Shown: in pieces, positions 56,568 through 64,000 of the stretch
How positions within the stretch are numbered: position 1 is the first letter of the stretch
Layout: each line of letters opens with the position of its first letter
Source: Schizochytrium sp. TIO01
Taxonomy: Eukaryota; Protista; Bigyra: Labyrinthulomycetes
Reading direction: 5' to 3'
Assembly: GCA_004764695.1 (NCBI GenBank)
Contig: SMSO01000014.1
Span: 4,164,845 to 4,228,844 of the forward strand
DNA length: 64,000 nucleotides
Notes under the pieces: model-generated
What the model saw: the letters and a program-made list of their open reading frames with translations, nothing else
What the model was told of the DNA's origin: nothing
Databases searched by the model: none
Program-made: the position numbers and the translations under genes

Positions 56568-58757
56568 CTAGTATGCGTAGCCATCCATTTGGAGCGCAGA
56601 CATCAACTTATGTTCTTCAGGGCCTGCGTGGCTCCTAAAATAATCATCTATCATCTCCTCGGTAGAATGACCATAGAAATAGCTTTCGTACAGCTCTAGC
56701 TTTACTCTTGAACGCTCAAAGTCGATAAGCATGACTCGACCGGAGTCTTTGTCATACACAAAATTTCGCAAGTATACACTACCGTGGATGACTCCACTGT
56801 TGTGTACTGCTCGTAAGGCCTCAAGAGCTTTGTCACATATATCCTCAGGTAATGTACTGCCTTCAGACATGTTGTTCTGCATGTCCTGCAGACTCTCACC
56901 TTCATAAGATGTGACTAGAATACTGCGACCGTGAAAGCGACCAGCGTATATAAGGAAAGGTATATACTCACCCTGCAAATGATGCAAACACTCGGAATAC
57001 ATTCGAGCTTCGACGTGGCCCTTCTCCAGAGTTCGAACGGCACTAGTCTTTTCGACATACGCTCCAGTAATCATGATTGTTTTCACGACAACTTTCACCC
57101 CTCGGTGCAACTCATAAGAAACCACAGGTAAGTATCCATTTGCCCCTGCCTGTAAGTAGCTGTACGTTGGGTCCCACGGTAGAGGAATGTAGAAATGGCT
57201 TGTGCTAAGAGGCAAAAGTTTCAGGAGCTGCTGCCGTTTCTCATTTTGGTAGGAAGTTTCCCATCCATCTTCGTACTCAAACCGTGCTTGTGCAAGCCCG
57301 GCGTAGAGCATTGCACTTCCAGCCTCATCCGTAGAGTATGCCCCCCATAGATCTTGCAAGCTGTAGTCTAGGAAGCTTCCTGGAGCAGGAATTTTATGGG
57401 TAGTATCCATATCATCAGACACCAAAAGAAGAAACTGATAAAGTGCACGTCTCAACGATCGACTCCCACGTGCTTGCACAGAATATCCTTTCGTCACCCA
57501 CACATCCCCGGTGTTATTCCGCTTGAAGAACCAAACCATGTCTCTTGATGTCATGATACCGTACTTGGCTTGAAGCATGACCATGCTTGAGTAAAGCTGA
57601 GCAACACGATTTTCCACTGCTAGATTTTTCGATGTTATTGCATGCAAATCAAACCTCCCCTCAGATATACCACATGAATCAGCCTGCAGAATTGGAACGC
57701 ATCCATTTTGTTTATTGTCCGTGGTTATAAATCTTGAAACTCTCCAGTTACCCACAAGATTCGTACAGCTATAACTCTTGTATAGTCTTGCTAAATCATA
57801 ATATCGAATGTTGAAAATTTCATCTAGTTGCATTTCCTTTATTATAAACTCGACCCAGCTTACAAAGGAATCAATATATGATGCGTTCAATCTCCGCCAT
57901 AGTTCTGTCATGACTGTTACTTCAAACCTTGCCTCCAAAAATGCTTTACCTAAATGCAGGTCATTCCAGCGATGCAAGTGGTGCCTTGGAATAGGGAGAA
58001 CCCAACGATTCATCTCTTCATCTCCTGTTGCCGTATCCATTTCCGAAAAGGAATCTAACATAAAAGGATATCCAAACAAATCCGCATCCTGCAAAACAAT
58101 TGGCAAGCCCAAAGCCTCCCATAATGGACACTTATTGAAACCACAATATAACGTTACGCGTTTCAAACGGTGCGCCCGACTGTACGTTTTTGTCCAAAGT
58201 GAAAAAATTTCCTGGGCGTTTACAAGGTCCTGAGATGTTTTCGCAAGTTCCAATGGATCTTCCTGCAACTCCTTTAAGGTTTGCTCTATTTCAGCAAGCC
58301 TCTCCAACGCATCGTTTGCGAGGTCTCTCCAGCGCAGGAACAATAAATGAAATTCTGCTGGGCAGAATTGTCCAGCTTCTATATAGCACGTTTCTAGTTT
58401 GCGCTGTGTATAGCGCTCGAGCTCGTCCCCACTGAGGGTTGAGAGAAATTTCTCCTCTTCTATGAATACCTCAAAGGATACGAATTTCGACTTTCCGCGT
58501 CTCGAGTAGAAAGACTGAAATGTAAAGCCCTCGGTGATAAGCTTTTCGTATTGTTCTTCTGCTAATGCCTCGAGTTCAATCTCGGTTTTCTCCATTTTTT
58601 GTTGTTGCCTCCAAATGTACTCCCCATCACTCATGACACTTATTTTATCCTCTTCTACATAGTCCTTGACTTGTGTTGTGTCGCTTTGATATCCCACGTT
58701 ATGTTCTGATTCAGGCTCTGTCAGCTCAGATTTGCTGATGCGCTTCTCCTTTCCCAT
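56568..58757 (-). CDS. Crinkler/CR-type restriction-endonuclease-fold + protein-kinase-like fusion with degenerate catalytic motifs
   Basis: Middle VAQLYSSMVMLQAKYGIMTSRDMVWFFKR resembles the CR-REase Q..YM....YG.LT...WF segment; C-terminal VVVK, EARMY..L..LQGEYIP, ALRAVHNSGVIHGSVYLRNF, VMLIDFERS is kinase-like; first ATG at 58757. Confidence 0.7.
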   Translation of the reverse strand: MGKEKRISKSELTEPESEHNVGYQSDTTQVKDYVEEDKISVMSDGEYIWRQQQKMEKTEIELEALAEEQYEKLITEGFTFQSFYSRRGKSKFVSFEVFIEEEKFLSTLSGDELERYTQRKLETCYIEAGQFCPAEFHLLFLRWRDLANDALERLAEIEQTLKELQEDPLELAKTSQDLVNAQEIFSLWTKTYSRAHRLKRVTLYCGFNKCPLWEALGLPIVLQDADLFGYPFMLDSFSEMDTATGDEEMNRWVLPIPRHHLHRWNDLHLGKAFLEARFEVTVMTELWRRLNASYIDSFVSWVEFIIKEMQLDEIFNIRYYDLARLYKSYSCTNLVGNWRVSRFITTDNKQNGCVPILQADSCGISEGRFDLHAITSKNLAVENRVAQLYSSMVMLQAKYGIMTSRDMVWFFKRNNTGDVWVTKGYSVQARGSRSLRRALYQFLLLVSDDMDTTHKIPAPGSFLDYSLQDLWGAYSTDEAGSAMLYAGLAQARFEYEDGWETSYQNEKRQQLLKLLPLSTSHFYIPLPWDPTYSYLQAGANGYLPVVSYELHRGVKVVVKTIMITGAYVEKTSAVRTLEKGHVEARMYSECLHHLQGEYIPFLIYAGRFHGRSILVTSYEGESLQDMQNNMSEGSTLPEDICDKALEALRAVHNSGVIHGSVYLRNFVYDKDSGRVMLIDFERSRVKLELYESYFYGHSTEEMIDDYFRSHAGPEEHKLMSALQMDGYAY

Positions 58758-61239
58758 GATTTTAAGGCCAGGAATTCGTTCGATTAATTCAGAAAGTACC
58801 AACGTGCGGTTTGATCTCGCAGACTTCAGTTGTTGCTTGACTGAGATTCCAGGTTTGCGATGATTTCCTCAGGCTTACTCCTTAAGTTGAGAAAGTGGAG
58901 TCTTTTCCGCAATGATCAGGCTACTCAACGATGTTGCTGTATTATCGCAATAGTCATCTTCATTCCAGCTTTTCTAGCTTTGTCTTGATTAAGTAGTATA
59001 CTTCAACTCATCTGAGGCCATCACCATTCTAGCCATACACACCCGTCGCGCGTTCTGCAACCTTGAACCACTGCCAGCGAGGGTTCCATCTACAACGCTC
59101 GCGCTTCACTCTGCCCGTTAGCACCTCCTCTCCAGTGGCATACCAGAGCTCAATTAAGGAAATGCTATCATCCAAAATGAATCAATGATACTCTTCAAGT
59201 TCGCAGCCAAAGCGAGGCCTAACTTGGCTAGACCTGAGCCACAATGGTACCCTACTACCTAGGCATCTTGCCAAGTGGCGATGGTCTTCACGATGATTAT
59301 CCGGCAATGGATCTCAATTCCCCGAGCCCGAGTACAACTGAGTACCAAGTGCTACCTACACTGTTTCCGTCTCCAATAAAATTGCTCGGGCGGCCATTCA
59401 GGATATGGAAGAGACTGCCACTTGACTGACGTCCAAGTCTGCCAACTCGAATGCCTGCCAACTCGAAGCCTTCAACACTGCAGAACACCCACCGCCCCAA
59501 GGACACTCCCGGGCATGAATATGATGATGAATCAATACGATAACCGTCATTTCAACACTCCACGCTCTAATTCAACTGCACGTGCCAAAACGTTGGCTCG
59601 AAGCTCGAGTAGAGTGTCCACAGCCATACGCAGGATCTCTAGGTCAAGTTGCTCTGGCGGCTGCTGATCGCCCTCATTGAGAAAAGTCATCATGACTTAT
59701 TGTGTGATGACAGCCTATCCTGAGAGCGCGTGTGTACTCGGAATCCCTCTCTCGGACTCCTATTGTTAGCTACCGTTTATAGATAGGACTAACTAGATCA
59801 CTCGATGAACCTCTCGCTGGGAAACGTCGAGTCGTCTAAAAGTTTATCCATCGCAGCCGCCGTTTGCAGTGTCACAAACCTGCTCTGGCAGCGGGAGGTG
59901 CAAGTGCTATCACTCGTTAGAGGTTTCATGGTGCTGGTTTCACCTCCAACACGCTGGGGCTGTGGATAGACTAAAAGGAAGTTTAATCAGATCATGCTCA
60001 AGTACTTGATCACGACTCGAATGACATGTGTACAAATAGGTAGTACTTGATTCCTCATGCTACCGGCGTTGCTCAAGTTCAGACGTTGACTCGAAAATGT
60101 CGTTCTTCTGTCCATGCAGATTCGCAAAGCGCTATCATGGGTTTGGTTTTCATCAAAATAATTGTCACACGGACAGTGGGTACACAGTAGGTTGATAACT
60201 TCACCGATGACCTCTTACTACACCATCATTCAAATCAACAAATAGTTTCTAGTAGCTCGTTTTTGGCTTGCATAGGTGGGCAAAGCTGTTTGTATTTTAT
60301 TAATTTCCGAACCAAGCTTTATATCATTCGACTTTGAGTTGAGCCGGTCAAAAATCAATCCGACTCATACTTATGCCTTGTGCATTTTCCTGATAGTTCA
60401 AGTGCAAGGTGATATGATATGATCTCGCAACGCTATTGACTTGTCTAATACCAATAAAAAACAGCCATGGAGATGCTTAATATATAAAATTTAGATTCTA
60501 GGTACTATTATTCCTTCTGTCTATTCTAAACTCTCAGATGCAAATTCCCAAATAACTTTAGGTCAAGCATACCTGATTACGTTTTTGAAACTGACTCTCG
60601 TCACTGCTGAGGACATCTGACACGACTAGCAGGCGCCGTGTTGTTTCGGTAGAACCTTGTCTCTTCGAGTTTCGCAACATTGAACGCCGCACGAAAACAA
60701 AGAGAAAAGAATCAACACATTCACATTGACATAGACAGAAAGGCCTACCTTTCAAGATTTGTAGGATATGGTAAGATGGCATATTTTGCAGTGACGATTT
60801 TGAAATTTTGAGCTTTACTTCTGTAAGAGGGGTCTATTACTTGGGATGGCCCGAAGATGTTGGAACTAAATGTGACTGTAACCTGATCTTCAATTTGTAA
60901 ACTTCTCACCAAAGCCAAAGAGGTCAATGTCATAGTTTATAAGAAGTTGGAGTGTAAATTAGAGTTGCGGAACTCGCATTGCTTGATAAAAGCTGAAGTT
61001 TGTTGTAAGGCTCTACCGAAGCTCATAAGAGCAACCACCCAAAGTATTACAGAGATTTAAATATTGAGTTCGCAAATTGTTCGCAAGTGATGTAGACTGC
61101 CATTGTGAGATACGAGCTGATACTGATGTAGACTCAGGGATTAGTGCGGATCTCGTGTCGACTTAGAAAAAGACAAAAAATGAAAATCTCACATCAAATA
61201 TATTCCCTTAAAACTTTAGTAAAATCTCACCATTCGAGA

Positions 61240-62076
61240 CTATCTTTTGCAAGCCAGAAGCTCCCCATTGACGAAATAGAAACAAGCACCCGGCTGGTCA
61301 GCCCACAAAGCCCAGCCATCACTCATCTCTTGTAGATCCTCTAACGTAGCATGTCCATATTCTTGTGCTTGTTTCGCAAAGCTACTATGCAGGACACGTT
61401 GTTGCCAGCTCATGCCCCACTCCTTACACTGATTCGGTGTCGTGTAAGATGTAATAGAGAAGCTGATCTTAATATTATCAACTTTGAACCCAGCCTGTGT
61501 AGCCCAGTCCTTCAGGTACCTGCCAGCGTCCGGTTGAGCCTTATTGCTGTGGCATACCAATCGATGGACCGTGCGCCAATTATCGATTCCGGCGTTATAT
61601 GGGTAGCTAAGCATTGAAGCAAAGTCACTCTCTCGAACAGCAACAAAGCCTCCTGGCTTGAGCACACGTTGCATTTCTTGAAGGGCACCCACAGGATCAG
61701 CAAGGTGCTGCAATACCATGTGAGCATAAACTACATCAAAGGAGCCATCTTCATATGGCAGTTCATAGATGCTTCCAGCTCGAACGTGAAGTTTATTCTC
61801 AACTCTTAAATCTCTGGCAGTTTGTTGTGCGAGTTCGACTACCTCTGATGAATAATCAATTGCATCGATTCTTGCGCAGTACTTTGCAAGTCCTGCACTA
61901 ATTGATCCAGGACCACAGCCTACGTCCAGAAGTCGAGTTTTCTCACTATCAAGAATCCCTTTTTCCAATAAAAATGCAGCGCAAGTTTCTGCCGTGCGTT
62001 TGGCATGGGAAGAGACAACACTTTGTTCGTGGCCGTTTGTATAAACCTCCTTGAGTGTAAGCGCTTCTGTCGCCAT
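61240..62076 (-). CDS. Class I SAM-dependent methyltransferase (UbiE/Methyltransf_11/31-like), copy 1
   Basis: YTNGHEQSVVSSHAKRTAE, LLDVGCGPG, LPYEDGSFDVV, LKPGG. Confidence 0.92.
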   Translation of the reverse strand: MATEALTLKEVYTNGHEQSVVSSHAKRTAETCAAFLLEKGILDSEKTRLLDVGCGPGSISAGLAKYCARIDAIDYSSEVVELAQQTARDLRVENKLHVRAGSIYELPYEDGSFDVVYAHMVLQHLADPVGALQEMQRVLKPGGFVAVRESDFASMLSYPYNAGIDNWRTVHRLVCHSNKAQPDAGRYLKDWATQAGFKVDNIKISFSITSYTTPNQCKEWGMSWQQRVLHSSFAKQAQEYGHATLEDLQEMSDGWALWADQPGACFYFVNGELLACKR

Positions 62077-62910
62077 CGTGCTTCTTGCAGGAAAGCTGAG
62101 CTGCTATATATTGCAGATAAACAAACGTCTAATGACCTGCAACTCCTCCAAGGCTAATTGTCACTAGTTGCCATGTCCAGAGACTCTCACGACTAATGCC
62201 ACTCTGCAAGAAGCTCGGAGTCTTTCATGCAATCAACGTTTCAGATTTGATGAGTGGTTCCTCATATTGATTCCTGTTCGAAGAACTTGCTACACTATCC
62301 ACTACTAGGAAATGCCTAGATACTCTTAAGAGAACCAATGACAATATCAGGACTGGAAATCAATTTGAAGGCGATCAAGCACTCTTTCTATCAAACTTCT
62401 TGAACTTGCCTTTAGGAATCTTCGACCTAGGACTTTCTTTCTTTGCTAAAAGTAAAATCACAGATGTTATAGAACGAAGCACGTTCCTCAAATAACGTTT
62501 GCGATGTTGAGAATAGTGGTGATTAATTAGTATGTCTCTAATTATCGTTGCAATGGTCGATTATGAAGCCAAGCTTCCAAGCGTCATGGTGTTAAAGAAA
62601 GTATGGCGCATGATAATGTTTCGTTTTCAGTCATATGATCTTCATTTCGTCGTGAGCCCTCTAAGAAATCAAAACAAAAGCAAGATTTGTTAGCGTTGCG
62701 GTTCGTACCGTCCTCTCTGTGTAGCTCAGAGGCAAGTGAGTATCTCGAAACATCATAAATCCTAGATCAAATTGCACAGAAAGACACAAAAGTATGAAAA
62801 TCCATTCAAGGTCGTCAAGATCATCTTTTTTTAAAGTATAGAAGAAAGTAAATTATATAATCGGAGAACGAACTGTCTTACATGAAGAATGAGGCAGAAT
62901 CCTTGTAAGT

Positions 62911-63753
62911 TTACTTTTTCCTTGCCAAGAGCTCACCATTGACATAGTAAAAGCATGCACCAGGTTCCTGGCCCCAGGAAGCCCAGGCGTCACTGATTTC
63001 CTTCAAGTCATCCATTGTTGCATGACCATACTCCTGAGCTTGAGTAGTAAAGCTGGATTTTAACGCACGTTCCTGCCAGCTGAAACCCCACTCCTTACAC
63101 TCCTCAGGGGTCGTGTACGGAACAGTAGAAAACCCCAATTCGATGTCTTCATGCTCGTCAAACCCGACTTGCATTGCCCAGTGTTTGAGATAACGACCCG
63201 CATCTGGCTCAGCACTGTTGGTACGGCAAGTTTTACGATAAACGTCCCGCCACTTGTCAATTGCGGCATACGGAGGATAAACGAGCATCGAAGAGTAATC
63301 GCTTTCACGGACTGCCACAAAGCCTCCCCTCTTCAAAACACGCCGCATTTCCTTGAGCGCAGCGATCGGATCCATGAGATGCTGCAATACTTGATGTGCA
63401 AAAACCACATCAAAGGTCTCATCCTGATACGGAAGCTCATACACGCTGCCAGCCTGCACCTCAACTTTACTTGCGACGCCAGCTTTCTTGGCTTCTTCCT
63501 GAGCACGAGTTACAATCTCTGGTGCGTTGTCGAGCGCATCAATTTTGGCGCAGTACTTTGCAAGGCCAGAAGTAATCGTACCTGGGCCACATCCAACGTC
63601 GAGAAGCCGGGTCTTTTGCACATCAAGGATGCCTCTATTGAGCAGGAATCCAGCGCATGACTCTGCAGTACGTTTGGCGTGGGAGGCAACAACGCTAGCG
63701 TGGTGTCCGTGAGTGTAAACCTCCTTGCCAACTCTCTTGAGGGTGCCAGACAT
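62911..63753 (-). CDS. Class I SAM-dependent methyltransferase (UbiE/Methyltransf_11/31-like), copy 2
   Basis: YTHGHHASVVASHAKRTAE, LLDVGCGPG, LPYQDETFDVV; clearly paralogous to copy 1. Confidence 0.92.
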   Translation of the reverse strand: MSGTLKRVGKEVYTHGHHASVVASHAKRTAESCAGFLLNRGILDVQKTRLLDVGCGPGTITSGLAKYCAKIDALDNAPEIVTRAQEEAKKAGVASKVEVQAGSVYELPYQDETFDVVFAHQVLQHLMDPIAALKEMRRVLKRGGFVAVRESDYSSMLVYPPYAAIDKWRDVYRKTCRTNSAEPDAGRYLKHWAMQVGFDEHEDIELGFSTVPYTTPEECKEWGFSWQERALKSSFTTQAQEYGHATMDDLKEISDAWASWGQEPGACFYYVNGELLARKK

Positions 63754-64000
63754 GGTTTCAATCTAAACAATCTAAACGAAACAACAATCTATCTTTCTCA
63801 AATAACAATAGCAACCAGAGCCGATGGAAAACCACTCGCAACTCTTCAGGATAGCACCTCCCACAAAGATAGGTGTGTCTCGACTGTTTGGAGGTCTGCA
63901 GCCAAGTCAAGTTTTGAGTTTGATGTGCCAGAATCGATCTTGTCTTTGCTATCAGGACGCCCTGCGTGGATCCATTTAACTTTCTATTGCAATTCTTGGT

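Overview
Eukaryotic, intron-poor nuclear DNA. The gene set (BASS4-like transporters, SPX protein, GH3, beta-helix CAZyme), GTACGT/GTAAGT donors and tetranucleotide microsatellites suggest a thraustochytrid-like stramenopile; this taxonomy is inference. About 16 protein genes are supportable: two divergent Mediator MED6 paralogs 30 kb apart (the second with a long Q/H/Y prion-like N-terminus), a secreted right-handed beta-helix CAZyme-like protein, a divergent SYLF-domain protein, two orphans, a spliced SLC25 carrier head-to-head with a 3-exon NDUFB7, a membrane-anchored GH3 beta-glucosidase, a tandem pair of BASS4/SLC10A7-like transporters, PRP3, a spliced SPX-domain protein, an apparently doubly inactivated REase+kinase (Crinkler/CR-type) protein, and a tandem pair of SAM methyltransferases. 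Two gene-free blocks (about 8.3-21.6 kb and 47.4-56.5 kb) each lie upstream of one gene. They are rich in microsatellites, TCGA-centred palindromes, T-tract/A-tract AT islands and TAGGTACCTA-type palindromes. A shattered REJ/GPS-like pseudogene probably occupies 33.3-36.3 kb. No rRNA, tRNA, CRISPR or intact transposon was recognised. All calls come from reading the sequence; no database searches were run.
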